Virus record (IMG/VR): IMGVR_UViG_3300037097_000033
Location: 1-56,150 of that record
Reading direction: 5' to 3' (one strand)
DNA length: 56,150 bases
Origin: a virus
Taxonomy: Duplodnaviria; Caudoviricetes
In this document: positions 10,282 through 20,278 of the stretch, one piece after another
Layout: every line of letters begins with the position of its first letter
Numbering within the stretch: the stretch's first letter is position 1
The notes under the pieces: model-generated
What the model saw: the letters and a program-made list of their open reading frames with translations, nothing else
Databases searched by the model: none
What the model was told of the DNA's origin: nothing
Position numbers and translations under genes: made by a program

Positions 10282-10628
10282 CCCCTGACCGCGTAGCCGA
10301 GGCCCCCGGGTTGTCTCCCGTTCCGGTGGCCAGGGCTGGTGGTCGTTTTTACCGGCACTGTCTTGGTGGGCACGCTATCAGTTCGGATAAGTCCGATCTG
10401 TCGGACCTCACGGCTTGCCCTGCTATGGTCGGGACCATCCATGCTGGGGTATGGCAGCCCGGCTCGCACCAGTGTGGGCGAGAGATGGGTGGGTGGGAGA
10501 TCGAGCCACCCCCGCTCGTTGAACGCATCAGGGACAGCTGCTGTCGTTCTTGGCCAAAGCCCTGCTCTTACCACGAGGGCTGGCGTGACGGCTACGAGTA
10601 CGCCCAAGAGAACGGGACGGATGGATGA
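10278..10628 (+). CDS. hypothetical protein (MTPDRVAEA start)
   Basis: GTGA coupling at 10278. Confidence 0.6.
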   Translation: MTPDRVAEAPGLSPVPVARAGGRFYRHCLGGHAISSDKSDLSDLTACPAMVGTIHAGVWQPGSHQCGREMGGWEIEPPPLVERIRDSCCRSWPKPCSYHEGWRDGYEYAQENGTDG

Positions 10629-10945
10629 CCCCTGACCGCGTAGCCGAGGCTCTGGCTGCTCTAGAAGCGGCTGAGAAGGCGGTGACGCCGGGAAGGTGGG
10701 AGTTCCAGGCTGACGGTTCCTACGCCGACGTGTATGCCGACGATGCTGGCGTAGTCAGGGTTTGGGTCGCCGGCACGGACAATCCTCCCGACGCCGAGTT
10801 CATCGCCCGCTGGCGCAATGCAGCGCCGGCGCTCCTGAAGCTGGCTGCGGTGGCAAATGGTGTGCTAGACGAGAGCCGGGAGTGCTGGCACCCCGAACTG
10901 GCCGCGGCGCTCGACGAGCTAGCAGCGGCGGTGCTCGGGCCTTAA
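10625..10945 (+). CDS. Ead/Ea22-like protein (MTPDRVAEA start)
   Basis: AEKAVTPGRW...DAEFIARWRNAAPALL. Confidence 0.65.
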   Translation: MTPDRVAEALAALEAAEKAVTPGRWEFQADGSYADVYADDAGVVRVWVAGTDNPPDAEFIARWRNAAPALLKLAAVANGVLDESRECWHPELAAALDELAAAVLGP

Positions 10946-10949
10946 CGCG

Positions 10950-10981
10950 AAAAACGCCCCCCGACCCGAAGGCCGAGGGGC
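10950..10981 (-). terminator. intrinsic terminator at the early/late convergence
   Basis: minus strand CCCCTCGGCC-TTCG-GGTCGGGGGG followed by CGTTTTT. Confidence 0.75.
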
Positions 10982-11008
10982 TTGAGCATTCGTGTGCTGA
11001 GGCGCAGG

Positions 11009-12073
11009 TTAGATGATGTCTTCGACGTCCTTGACCAGCTTCCTGGCGTCGCCCTCGACGTCGGCCTCGATCTTCTTGAGCTCGGAGACGAAGCCGGCAT
11101 CGAACTTCTTGACGAGGGGCCCGAGGCTCGGCGCTCTGTTGACCGTCGAGAGGATGAGCTCACGACGCTGCTCGGGTGTTTCGACAGGGAACTCCTTGGC
11201 AAGCACGGCAATGTCGCTGTCTAGGTCGTTGACGGCCACGCCGTGGTAGGTGCCGTCAGGAGCGATGACGATCTCATTGTCGAGTATCACGGCGCCTTCC
11301 TCTCGGATGGCTCGCCAGTTCTCCCAGTCGCCCGGCTGCACCATGTCCCAGGTGTCGTAGTCGGCTTGCGTCGGGGAGCGGAAGATCACTGGTGCGCAAT
11401 GCCCCCCGATCCAGTCGGTAGCCGTCGAGTCCCAGGGTTGCGGCGGGGTAGACGTGGAAGCGGTCATCATTTCCTGGCTGACCAGGATGCCGTCGAAGAA
11501 CACGCCGAACGCGCCGATGCCACCCTGGAAGAACTGGCCATTAGTCGGGACCCCGGCGAAGCGCTTGACCAGGGGCATCTTGCCGATCGGCTGCGTCAGT
11601 AAATAAATCAGGCCCACGCCGACGTCGCAGCCGTTGTCGTAGCCGCTTCCCTGGCACCACGTGAAGTATGCAGCGGGAGCGGCTGGGTCGGTCGTCTGGT
11701 AGCCGTTCTGCGAGCACCACGCAGCGAAGGCGGGTGCGCCCTGGAAGACGAAGTACGCCTCCAGGTTCTGGACGGTGGTAGGCCACAGGCTGAGGTCACC
11801 CGGCTTGGTCTCGCCGGCTAGCCAGGAGTTGCGCATCTGGGTCACCTGTGCGGCCCTAAAAAAGCAGTTGCCGGCGCCGGCAAAGCCGGGCACGGTCGGG
11901 TCGGGCCCGTTCCCGAGCATTCCCGTGGTGGCGCCTCCAGTGGTCCCGTCGAAGGTGCTCTTGGGGTTGCTGTAGGGGAAGGGGTCGACTTGCCCGGTAA
12001 GGTATTTGTCGATGGCGAGGCGCTCAAGGACCGGCGACTTGCCCATGTGGCGCCCTAGCTTGCGATCAGGCAT
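11009..12073 (-). CDS. papain-like cysteine peptidase candidate in lysis module
   Basis: MLGN...GNCFF, DNGC, GGHC, TWD pattern. Confidence 0.55.
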   Translation of the reverse strand: MPDRKLGRHMGKSPVLERLAIDKYLTGQVDPFPYSNPKSTFDGTTGGATTGMLGNGPDPTVPGFAGAGNCFFRAAQVTQMRNSWLAGETKPGDLSLWPTTVQNLEAYFVFQGAPAFAAWCSQNGYQTTDPAAPAAYFTWCQGSGYDNGCDVGVGLIYLLTQPIGKMPLVKRFAGVPTNGQFFQGGIGAFGVFFDGILVSQEMMTASTSTPPQPWDSTATDWIGGHCAPVIFRSPTQADYDTWDMVQPGDWENWRAIREEGAVILDNEIVIAPDGTYHGVAVNDLDSDIAVLAKEFPVETPEQRRELILSTVNRAPSLGPLVKKFDAGFVSELKKIEADVEGDARKLVKDVEDII

Positions 12074-12353
12074 TTGCTCTCCCGATAATGGCAGCCACGT
12101 GCACGGCCTTGGTGGCGGAGCGGTGGGTAATGACGTGCACCGCCTGGACGCAGCCGGCGACCAGCGTGCCGACGATGGGAATGAGCGTCACGGCCCAGCT
12201 CGGCTCGGTGAAGCCGGGGTGGAGCATGCCGACCACGCCGAGGGCGAAGGCGATCATGCTGACCAAATAACTGGTCACTGACTCGGCATCGTTCCACTGA
12301 GGAAGCGGCGGGAGGGGAGACGGCGTGGGCGTTACGGGAGGTACTGGTGTCAT
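12066..12353 (-). CDS. holin-like membrane protein
   Basis: two hydrophobic segments; AAAGGAG RBS; lysis context. Confidence 0.6.
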   Translation of the reverse strand: MTPVPPVTPTPSPLPPLPQWNDAESVTSYLVSMIAFALGVVGMLHPGFTEPSWAVTLIPIVGTLVAGCVQAVHVITHRSATKAVHVAAIIGRANA

Positions 12354-12691
12354 GTGTGCTCCTTTTCTAGTTCTTGCTGATGAGGTTGTGGACGTATTGT
12401 CCGGTCGAGCTTGCGCCCTATGTAAAAGCCCACTTCGCTGCCCGCCATGGAGCCGAGCAGCAGGGCCGCCAGCATGGCCAGGGTCAGGGCCGATAGGCCG
12501 TAGCGGACCCAAGAGACGCCCGTGGAGACGACGCAGAACGGTAGTGTCAGGTCGCCCAGCCCGTCCATGATGCCGCCCTTGAGTGCGCCCCGCCAGTCCT
12601 TCGCCCGGGCCAGCAACACCACGGATGCGGTGTAGAACACGTCCTGCACGGACATGGAGATGAACACGACGGCCACCAGGCCGTAGTTCAC
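12350..12691 (-). CDS. membrane protein
   Basis: several hydrophobic segments. Confidence 0.6.
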   Translation of the reverse strand: MNYGLVAVVFISMSVQDVFYTASVVLLARAKDWRGALKGGIMDGLGDLTLPFCVVSTGVSWVRYGLSALTLAMLAALLLGSMAGSEVGFYIGRKLDRTIRPQPHQQELEKEHT

Positions 12692-12999
12692 AGCGCGCTG
12701 ACTAGGAACCGCATCAGTTGACCGTCTCGATGAGCCGGGCGAGCACGATGGCGATCCATGCCGAGATGAGCCACGTGTCCCAGCCCTGCCCGAAGATGGT
12801 CCGGGGGACGGCGGCGCACATCGTTCACCCGACGTATCTCACCCAGGATGTACTCCCGGGACGCGGCGATGTCGCGCCGCAGTTCCTCTTTGGCGGCGCT
12901 GACGGCAGCGGCGGTCAGCGCTGTCGGGTCAGGGATGGGCACGTTCCCGCCGTGCGACTGCTCGTCCTTGTGCCAGTTGCCGTTGGGTTCCTCAGCCAT
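12688..12999 (-). pseudogene. probable truncated or chimeric gene
   Basis: plausible N-terminus (PIPDPTALT..KEELRRDI) degrades near 12820, where another frame encodes a transmembrane segment. Confidence 0.4.
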
Positions 13000-13012
13000 A
13001 AACGCTACCGCC

Positions 13013-13507
13013 TTAGTTCGTCTTGAGAGCGGCGGCAAGGAGACCGATGGTCGTGTCCTGCGCCCCGAGGTGAGCTTCGATCCGGACGACACCAGCAGCC
13101 GCTTGGGCCGCCGCTTGGGCCGCATCCTTGGCCGCGCTGGCCGCTGACTGTGCATGCCGTTCGGCCGTAGCCGCCGCCAGTCGGTTTTCAGTAGCCGCCG
13201 TCACCGCTTCGCTTTTGAAGCTGGCAACGACGAGGGTGAGCTGGTCGACCTTGCCTTCGGTGCGCTCGACCTTATCTTCGAGGCGAGGAGCGATGTCGCC
13301 GATACTCCTGCTATTGCCACCGTTGCTCACCTTGGCGTTGGTGTCCTTCGACGTGGCGAGCAGCTTGTCGAAGGTGGCGCGGAGCATGAAGCGCAGCGCG
13401 GCCAGGAGCAGGGCCCCGACCACGAGGACGAGGATGCCTTCGAGTGCCCAGCCGGTCCAACTAATATTTGAGCTCCCAGCGACAGTGGGAGCGACGTCGG
13501 CGAGCAC
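13013..13507 (-). CDS. membrane-anchored coiled-coil protein (lysis module)
   Basis: N-terminal TM helix plus heptad-like region. Confidence 0.6.
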   Translation of the reverse strand: MLADVAPTVAGSSNISWTGWALEGILVLVVGALLLAALRFMLRATFDKLLATSKDTNAKVSNGGNSRSIGDIAPRLEDKVERTEGKVDQLTLVVASFKSEAVTAATENRLAAATAERHAQSAASAAKDAAQAAAQAAAGVVRIEAHLGAQDTTIGLLAAALKTN

Positions 13508-13508
13508 C

Positions 13509-14333
13509 TTAGTGGAGAGCGATCGAGGTGAAGCGGGCCAGTAACGGTCCGCTCTCGATCAGCGGCTCGTCGGGGTACGCGGCCTGGACGGTGGGCCAGT
13601 CGTCGCCCAGGTTGACGGCGCCGGCCGGGCTCACGAGACAGATCGTGCCGGCAAGCAGCACGTTCTTCTTGGTGTCGGTGATCTGGGTTGGCGTGCGTAC
13701 GAGCATGGTTTCCCTTTCCGTTGTGGGCTTCGGCGGCGGGGGTGGAGGTGGAGGCGGAGGGATCGCCCAGGACGCTAGAGCAACGCTGCAGTCGTAGGTG
13801 TACTTGGACTGGTTGAAATACTGGCAAGCGACGTTGCCAGTGCCAGTGCCGACGCCCTCAAAGACGCCGTTGGGTACGATCGGCACGCCGTTCCACCAGG
13901 CGAGCCAGCAGTCGACGTCGCGGCCCCACTCCAGCCCGAGCGCGGCCAGTGCGGCGGTGACGATCGGCTTGTTCGCAACTTCGATATAAATGAACGGCCG
14001 GCCGAGGTTGGCGTGGATCTTGTTGTACGCCCACTGTGCGGCCTGCACCTCTGTGGCGTCGCCGAACTCGCTGTCGATCCCGTCATAGTCGAGGAACGCA
14101 TTTACGTCGCTGCTGGTCGAGATGCGCCAGAGCTTTTTTGCGTTCGGGAACCGCGCCTGGACAGCAGCGATGGTCGACTCGTAAGTGAGGAAGTACTCAG
14201 CCCATGACGGGATCGTGTCGATCGCAATTGCGTCAAAGATGTAGATGAGTGCCGGCGCCGACGTGGCAGCCATAAGCGGCAACGGCCGCAACTTGTTGAG
14301 GACGGCGTTACGGATCGCCCGGAATGCGCTCAT
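13509..14333 (-). CDS. endolysin, GH25-like muramidase with poly-Pro linker
   Basis: IDSEFGDA, RPFIY, WLAWWNG, ACQY, YDCSV then PPPPPPPPPP linker. Confidence 0.6.
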   Translation of the reverse strand: MSAFRAIRNAVLNKLRPLPLMAATSAPALIYIFDAIAIDTIPSWAEYFLTYESTIAAVQARFPNAKKLWRISTSSDVNAFLDYDGIDSEFGDATEVQAAQWAYNKIHANLGRPFIYIEVANKPIVTAALAALGLEWGRDVDCWLAWWNGVPIVPNGVFEGVGTGTGNVACQYFNQSKYTYDCSVALASWAIPPPPPPPPPPKPTTERETMLVRTPTQITDTKKNVLLAGTICLVSPAGAVNLGDDWPTVQAAYPDEPLIESGPLLARFTSIALH

Positions 14334-14433
14334 TGGTTCCCTTTCAATGCTGCCCGTGGCCAGGACCGACGGCGGGGCGGTCCCGGCGCTGCGGGCTCTC
14401 GATGCGCCAGGAGCACGCCTCGCGCGCGAGAGA

Positions 14434-14790
14434 TCAGTAGAACGTGACCGACCCACAGGGCAGCTCGATCAGCTCAGGCGAGTCGGTCAGCTGGATAAAG
14501 ACGTCGTACTCACCGACGACCAGCGCGCCGGAGCCGGCCGGCCCGATCAGCACGCTGGCACTGAAGCCGGCGCCGGTCACGTCCCAAACTCCGGATAGCC
14601 AGGTCGTCCCGCTCGTGGGCCGCATGCCCGAAGCCAGGATGGCGAACGCCACCGCCCCGCCGGTCGGGTCCACCTGGCTGCCGTCGGGCGCCAGGCAGGT
14701 AACGGCGACGTGCAGGTCGACGGTCGACAGCACCGAGACTTCGTCGACGTCCAGGCCGCTGACGGTGACGGTGCCGAGGTCGATGGTCAT
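14434..14790 (-). CDS. BppU-like/Ig-fold minor tail protein
   Basis: VDPTGGAVAF...GEYDVFIQLTD; distal tail position. Confidence 0.55.
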   Translation of the reverse strand: MTIDLGTVTVSGLDVDEVSVLSTVDLHVAVTCLAPDGSQVDPTGGAVAFAILASGMRPTSGTTWLSGVWDVTGAGFSASVLIGPAGSGALVVGEYDVFIQLTDSPELIELPCGSVTFY

Positions 14791-15416
14791 CAATTTATGC
14801 CGTACAAGTAGAAAGCGGAGCCGATAGTGAAGTTGGGGCCGGTGGTGGGAGCCAACGCCAGGCTGGTGATGGCAGCCGTCGAGCGCCAGAGGCCACGGTA
14901 GAGGCCTTCCGAGTAGTTGGTGGGCGCCGTCACGGCGTCGTAGTAGCCCGACCGAGATGTAAACGCCTTTTGGAAGGTGGTCAGCGCATAGCAGGGGATC
15001 TCGATGTCGAGTGCCCCCGCTACATTGGCGGTGCCGTAAGTGCCCATCGCCACAGCGACCTGAGCCGAGGCGCCCACAACGGTGTCACCACTCGTGAACG
15101 TGCCTTCCACGTTCTCGGTCCAACACACGTCGTAATGGTTGCCGGTATCCCCGTTGAGCGTCATTTTTACGGAGTCCAGATAGCCCCCGGCGTATGTGGT
15201 TCGTAAGACTGCTTTGACGAGCAGGTGGTTGAAGTCCTGGGGGATGGCACTGAACGTCACCGAGGGTTCGGCCACGGTGAGCACCTGGGAGGCGATGAGC
15301 GTCGAGCCGACCGCGGCGTCCAGCACGTTGGCGAGGCTTTCGATTTGCCCCGGGCCATTGGGGGGGTCCGTGCCCAGCGGGTACGGCAACGCCAGGCGCG
15401 AGGTGTAAGCGGGCAT
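14790..15416 (-). CDS. minor tail protein
   Basis: RLALPYP N-terminus; VTFSAIPQDF...WRSTAAITSL...GSAFYLYGI. Confidence 0.7.
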   Translation of the reverse strand: MPAYTSRLALPYPLGTDPPNGPGQIESLANVLDAAVGSTLIASQVLTVAEPSVTFSAIPQDFNHLLVKAVLRTTYAGGYLDSVKMTLNGDTGNHYDVCWTENVEGTFTSGDTVVGASAQVAVAMGTYGTANVAGALDIEIPCYALTTFQKAFTSRSGYYDAVTAPTNYSEGLYRGLWRSTAAITSLALAPTTGPNFTIGSAFYLYGIN

Positions 15417-15425
15417 GGGCGCCTT

Positions 15426-16034
15426 TCAGTCGTAGGCGACGGTGAGCACAAGACCCGCGGGGAGCGCGGCCTGCATGGCGGCGACGAGTTGGGTCCCCGA
15501 GCCACCTAGGGCATTCCAGGTGGCAAAGGCGGCTTCTAGTGCGTTCCAGGTGGCGTATTCAGATCCAACGTAAAACCAAGTGCCAAGCACGCCGGCCCCC
15601 GGCACCGTGACCAGCACCTTGTACGGGTCGCCCTCGTAGCGCTCGGTCACCACAACGCCCGTGGTGGTAGTCAGGAAAGTGGCCGCCGCTGCGATGAGCG
15701 CGTCCACGGTGCCCCGCTGGAAACCCTGTTCGCCGGTGATGGCCGCCCGCATCTGGGCGTCGGTGGTCTGTAGCGAACTGAACCGCACGCCGACGAACTG
15801 GGCCAGCCACGGCAGGTCGGCCGTCGGGCACCGGGTGACGTCGAGCAGGATCGACCAGCCCGGGTTCTGGCCTTGGTCGCGCGCCAGCGTGTCCGTCGCC
15901 TGTAGCAGCGAGCAGGGCCCTTCAAGCCAGGAGAGGAACGGGTAGCCGTTGCCGGCGTCGCTGTCCTGGACGAATTGGGGCAGGAAGCCCCACAGGGTGG
16001 CTGTGTCGGGCGAACACGTCGAAGGGGTGAGCAT
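15426..16034 (-). CDS. baseplate protein (P2 gpI-like)
   Basis: CPTADLPWLAQFVGV...QRGT; follows baseplate J. Confidence 0.75.
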   Translation of the reverse strand: MLTPSTCSPDTATLWGFLPQFVQDSDAGNGYPFLSWLEGPCSLLQATDTLARDQGQNPGWSILLDVTRCPTADLPWLAQFVGVRFSSLQTTDAQMRAAITGEQGFQRGTVDALIAAAATFLTTTTGVVVTERYEGDPYKVLVTVPGAGVLGTWFYVGSEYATWNALEAAFATWNALGGSGTQLVAAMQAALPAGLVLTVAYD

Positions 16035-17653
16035 TACGAGTGAGCCGAGACGGCCCCGGAAATGGTGCCGACGGTGGTGAGCGGGGCGTCACCCGGTAGC
16101 GAAAGGTTCGCGGTACCTGGGCTGTTGCCGTGGATGTTGATGGTGACGGCGAGACCGCCCCAAAGCCCCGGTGTGGCCGCCAGCACGCCTACGACGCCGA
16201 GGTAGTTGACCGTCGTCGCCGTCGGGTCCCAGGTGCCAGCCAATACCAGCGTCAGGACCGCGGTGCCTGAAGCCGTGGCCGGGTTGGAGATGGTCACCGA
16301 GCCGTCGTTGTTGACCGAGATGACCGCCGTGTTCGTCGGGATGCCATAGCCGCTGATGGGCTGGCCTGGCTCGACCTCGAAGGCGGGGTTGCCCTGAGCG
16401 TTGGCGGGCACGACTACGCCGGTGACGATGTCCGAGCCAGCGGTAAGGGTGCCGGCCAGATCGACCGAGGGAAGGCCCCAATTGCTGGGCGAGAGGTAGG
16501 CGCTGACCGCTGCGTCCCCGGCCGCCTGCACGGTGGTGATGTTCGCTCCCACCTGAGCGATGCCCGACCACGTGACGTCGATCTCGGTGTAGGTGGGCGA
16601 GATGACGAACACGAGGAAGTTGATCTCGCGCTGGCCCTCCAGGTAGGCCTGCAGGGCGGCCGTGACGGTCGGTGACAGGGCATTGCCGTCGATGTCCACC
16701 GCGGCGACGGTGACGCAGCGCTCGACGCCGGTGAGGTCCCCGAGCACGACCGTGCCGGTGGTCAGGGAGCCGGTGGCGGCGTGGCTCATCGTCACCTGCG
16801 TTGTCGAGACGTAGGCGCTGATGGTGGTGGAGCTCGGGATGTCCGTGCCCGTCACCAACCGGCCGACATCTTCGGCGCTGAACGAGCCGGCGGTGTCCAC
16901 GAGAGCGGTGGTGGTGGCGAGCGTGATCGTCCCCGTGATGGTGCGCCCGGCCGCCAGCAGGTTGATCGCCATGGCCCGGTAGACCCCGGCCACGTTGGTG
17001 GCCAGGGCGGCGAAGTCTTGGGGCAGGATCGGGCGCGGGCTGAGCAGTTGCAGCTCGGCCGATAGCCGGTTGAGGTAGGTGGCCAGCGACTCGGGGTTTG
17101 CCCCGCCCGAGGTCGTGGACGTGGCCACCACACTCTGGACGAAGGCGAGCTGGTTGACGAGCACCACGGGCACTGAGTCGGCGATCGAGTTGTTGACGGC
17201 TCCGGTCGTCGTCGCCTGGATGATTACGCCGGTAGCCGTCGACGAACCGGGCGGCACGGTGAAGGCGTTCACGGTAGCGAACTGGACCTGCACGTTGCCG
17301 AGGGTCTGGTAGGCCACCAGTGTGCCGGCGGGGACAGTGAAGCCGGCCGAGCTGACCATGGTCCACGTCGTCGTGGCTTGGCTGGCGGCCCCGGCGATGG
17401 GGAAGATGTTGACCAGCGACCCGAAGTACTGGAAGATCGCCGGCGGGACCTGTGCGGCCACTGTGGCCGACTCGCTGGCCATCTGCGCGAACTGCTCGAG
17501 GAGCAGGACGTCGAGTTGGCCCTCCTGGGGCACCCAGCCGGGCAGGTTGGCGGCGATCGTCGCCAGGGCGGCCTGCACCATGGCGTTTGGGTCCGTCGTG
17601 ACCGGCAAGACGATGTAACCGTTGTTGATGGTCAGGGGCGTGATGTCCGACAT
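16034..17653 (-). CDS. baseplate J-like protein with inserted beta domains
   Basis: VPAGTLV, TSGGANPESLATYLNRL, DFAALA..VAGVYRA. Confidence 0.85.
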   Translation of the reverse strand: MSDITPLTINNGYIVLPVTTDPNAMVQAALATIAANLPGWVPQEGQLDVLLLEQFAQMASESATVAAQVPPAIFQYFGSLVNIFPIAGAASQATTTWTMVSSAGFTVPAGTLVAYQTLGNVQVQFATVNAFTVPPGSSTATGVIIQATTTGAVNNSIADSVPVVLVNQLAFVQSVVATSTTSGGANPESLATYLNRLSAELQLLSPRPILPQDFAALATNVAGVYRAMAINLLAAGRTITGTITLATTTALVDTAGSFSAEDVGRLVTGTDIPSSTTISAYVSTTQVTMSHAATGSLTTGTVVLGDLTGVERCVTVAAVDIDGNALSPTVTAALQAYLEGQREINFLVFVISPTYTEIDVTWSGIAQVGANITTVQAAGDAAVSAYLSPSNWGLPSVDLAGTLTAGSDIVTGVVVPANAQGNPAFEVEPGQPISGYGIPTNTAVISVNNDGSVTISNPATASGTAVLTLVLAGTWDPTATTVNYLGVVGVLAATPGLWGGLAVTINIHGNSPGTANLSLPGDAPLTTVGTISGAVSAHS

Positions 17654-17656
17654 CGG

Positions 17657-18187
17657 TTAGGAACCCCCCGCCACCAGGGCGACGGCGACGTTGATCGACT
17701 CTGCGCCCAGGCCGTCCGTGCTTACGCTCACCGTTGCATCTGCTCGCGGCTCCCATTGGCTGATGGCCTGGACGATCTCGCTCACGTTGGCGGTGGCGAA
17801 CGTCGGGTCGACGACGCCATAAGCGGGCACCATCGTGCGCTCGCCGATCACCGTGCCGAGCAGCACGCCGACTGACTGCGCCACTTCCGCGGCGGTGTCC
17901 TGGGCTACGACGTCCCAGCTTCCCGAGGGCCCGATCACGAGAGGGAACGCCAGGTGTGGGACGACTGGCGTAGCGTAGAAGACGGCCACGCTGGCGTCCG
18001 GGGGCGGAGGAGGAGGCGTCGGGACCTCGGGCGCCATTGCCATACCCGGCACGGCGAACCCCGGCCTCGCAAGCCCGGGGACGGATGTGGTGATGGCCAG
18101 AGAGGGTGTCGGGGCTAGCGTGACGTCCCAGGTGTCGCCTGCGTTGTCCCAGGTGTCGCCCGAGTAGTCCCAGTTGTCAAAGGACAT
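17657..18187 (-). CDS. gp25/GPW-like baseplate wedge protein
   Basis: HLAFPL...LLGTVIGERTMVPAYGV...ISQWEPRA. Confidence 0.8.
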   Translation of the reverse strand: MSFDNWDYSGDTWDNAGDTWDVTLAPTPSLAITTSVPGLARPGFAVPGMAMAPEVPTPPPPPPDASVAVFYATPVVPHLAFPLVIGPSGSWDVVAQDTAAEVAQSVGVLLGTVIGERTMVPAYGVVDPTFATANVSEIVQAISQWEPRADATVSVSTDGLGAESINVAVALVAGGS

Positions 18188-18196
18188 TGCGTCCCC

Positions 18197-20278
18197 TTAC
18201 GGAACTACGAGCACGGAAAGCGAGGACCAGGGGATGTGCGGGAAGGCTGCATAAGCCTCGGCCATGTTCACGGGCCAGTTGGGAGGCGCCGCGGTCGACC
18301 AGCCTTGGAAGGTCTGCCACGGAGCGTAGTTTTCCATTGCAATGCTGAAATAGCCGGAGTCTGAATCGATGGCGTACGCACCATAAGTCTTGAGCGCTTG
18401 GAATACCATCGCTTCAAAAGTGCCCATGCCGCTCGGCGTGGCTACCCCCGACTCAAAGAAGTACAGCGTCCCCTCAGGAATACCGCCGCTGCCTATCGAG
18501 GTTGAGCCGTCTCCGTGGACGGCAGGGAGGACACTGGTACCTGTGCCAAACCCTACGGTGAGCGCAAGAGGATGGTTGATCGTCCCGTACAGCCAGTCGG
18601 CAACAGTGATAATGCCAGCGCCATACGGCGCACCAGACGCAGTCGATGATGTTGAGTAAGAAGCAAGCGCACCGGTCGACGAGACGGTAAACCCTGCCGT
18701 AAATGAACCGTTGGTCGCAACTATCTGCACGGTGCTTGCCGTCTTGGCTGAGGCATTGGCTTGCCAGAAGTTGAACATGACTGGGCCTGAATAAGAACCC
18801 CACGTTTCGTCGTCCACGTCCCAGACGACCATCTCAGAGTCAGAACCTGGGGCGGCAACCCAAGCGGGGGGCAACGGCACCTCGGGGTTCCCGTACCCGC
18901 TCCCGACGTTTATGTCGGTATCTGTAAGCTGCAAACCATGGACCACGTAGCGCGACGCACCTGTTGACAGCGACATCGTGCCGCCGTAAGCGGCCATCCC
19001 GTTGACGAGGTTGGCCACAAGTGTGGCCGAATTACTGGCCAAAGTCGGGCTAGTGGGGATCTTCGCAGCCCACGGAGAACCCGGGAACGGCTGTGTAGGT
19101 TCAGCACCAGTAGCCGTATAGTCAGGATTACTTGAGTTCCACCCCGTTGGACCACTGCCACTATTTGGCGTGCCATAACCATAAACAGTGGTACCACCGT
19201 TAGGAGACATCAGGGTATAGATGGTCACGCCAGTTGTTGGGGTAAGGACTTGCCCAGGCTGCGGACCAATCCAGTTGACGCCAGGAAAGCTAGGTGCGTA
19301 ACCGCCCGTGCCGTTCTCCGTCACCACCACTGTGGCCGTAGAGACACCGCTGGGCCAGTTCTCGAAAGAAAAGGCACAGTTGGCACCTAACGTAACTTCT
19401 TGCGTCAGGCCGCTAGCGAGGTTTAGAAGTTGAGTCGAACCGGTAGCTGTAACCGACGTCGCAATGGTGGACAATGGCGTCTTGAAGGTGGCGGCCGTCC
19501 CGCTGGTAGCGGTGAGGATCTCGTTGGGCGTGGGCGTGCCGCTGACCGTGATGCCGCCCACGGCGGTGGCATTGGTGGCCGTGGTGGCCGTGGTGGCCGT
19601 GGTGGCGTTGACCGCGTTCGTGGCGTTGCCGGCGGTGAGCCCCGCCGCCGTACCGGTGAGGTTGGTGGCCACCCCGGAGGCGGGCGTGCCCAGTGCTGGC
19701 GCCGTCAAAACTGGCGCCGTGAGGGTCTTGTTGGTGAGCGTTTGAGCGGCCGTCGTGCCAACCACCTGTTGGTCGATACCGGCAGGATCGTAGGTACTGG
19801 TGCTCATGTTGCCGGTTCCCGGGAGGGACTGCCAGTCCGCCGCCGTGGTGCTTGTGGCCACCAGGGCCTGCCCTGAGGTGGGCGTCCCCGAGATGGTGAT
19901 ACCGCCCACGGCGGTTGCGTTACCTGCCGTCAAGCTGGCGGCGATACCTGTGCAGTTGGTGAGCACGCCTGATACCGGCGTACCGAGAGCCGGCGTGATG
20001 AGCGTCGGGCTCGTAAGCGTTGTGCCCCACGAGGGATCGGTGCCGTTCGAGATCAGGAACTTGCCGGCCGAGCCCGAGATGGGCAGGCCGACGAGCTGGC
20101 CGGCGTGGTAGTAGAAGATGGCGCCTTCAGCTAGGCCCGTGCCGTTGTTGGACAGCCACGCCGCTATCGCTGCGACGTCGGTCTCGACGTCGGTCATGAC
20201 CTCAGCGGGCCCGTCGGTGCCGCTGGCGCGCGAGGTGGACCCGCTTACGATCGGCAGCGCATCAGGGAGCAGAGACAT
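18197..20278 (-). CDS. tail fibre / receptor-binding protein
   Basis: Thr/Gly/Ala-rich repeats (PALGTP..G..TN.TG); globular C-terminus; likely start MSLLPD at 20278. Confidence 0.75.
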   Translation of the reverse strand: MSLLPDALPIVSGSTSRASGTDGPAEVMTDVETDVAAIAAWLSNNGTGLAEGAIFYYHAGQLVGLPISGSAGKFLISNGTDPSWGTTLTSPTLITPALGTPVSGVLTNCTGIAASLTAGNATAVGGITISGTPTSGQALVATSTTAADWQSLPGTGNMSTSTYDPAGIDQQVVGTTAAQTLTNKTLTAPVLTAPALGTPASGVATNLTGTAAGLTAGNATNAVNATTATTATTATNATAVGGITVSGTPTPNEILTATSGTAATFKTPLSTIATSVTATGSTQLLNLASGLTQEVTLGANCAFSFENWPSGVSTATVVVTENGTGGYAPSFPGVNWIGPQPGQVLTPTTGVTIYTLMSPNGGTTVYGYGTPNSGSGPTGWNSSNPDYTATGAEPTQPFPGSPWAAKIPTSPTLASNSATLVANLVNGMAAYGGTMSLSTGASRYVVHGLQLTDTDINVGSGYGNPEVPLPPAWVAAPGSDSEMVVWDVDDETWGSYSGPVMFNFWQANASAKTASTVQIVATNGSFTAGFTVSSTGALASYSTSSTASGAPYGAGIITVADWLYGTINHPLALTVGFGTGTSVLPAVHGDGSTSIGSGGIPEGTLYFFESGVATPSGMGTFEAMVFQALKTYGAYAIDSDSGYFSIAMENYAPWQTFQGWSTAAPPNWPVNMAEAYAAFPHIPWSSLSVLVVP

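Larger units (their letters stand above)
9525..10650 (+). repeat. dispersed start-codon-anchored repeat RTGACCCCTGACCGC(GTAGCYGAGGC), 4 copies
   Basis: copies at 9525, 9958, 10278, 10625. Confidence 0.9.

Noticed and set aside
11717-11730. Gapped match of array unit 5 (GC.TT.GC.GC.TG) in the peptidase gene
   Set aside because: Only five of ten dinucleotides match; plausible by chance in 56 kb of GC-rich DNA.
15413-15429. Possible second target of the TnpB guide (GCAT GGGCGCCT TTCAG)
   Set aside because: Only 8 contiguous guide bases match and the adjacent motif is GCAT, not TCAT; it reflects similar RBS spacers.
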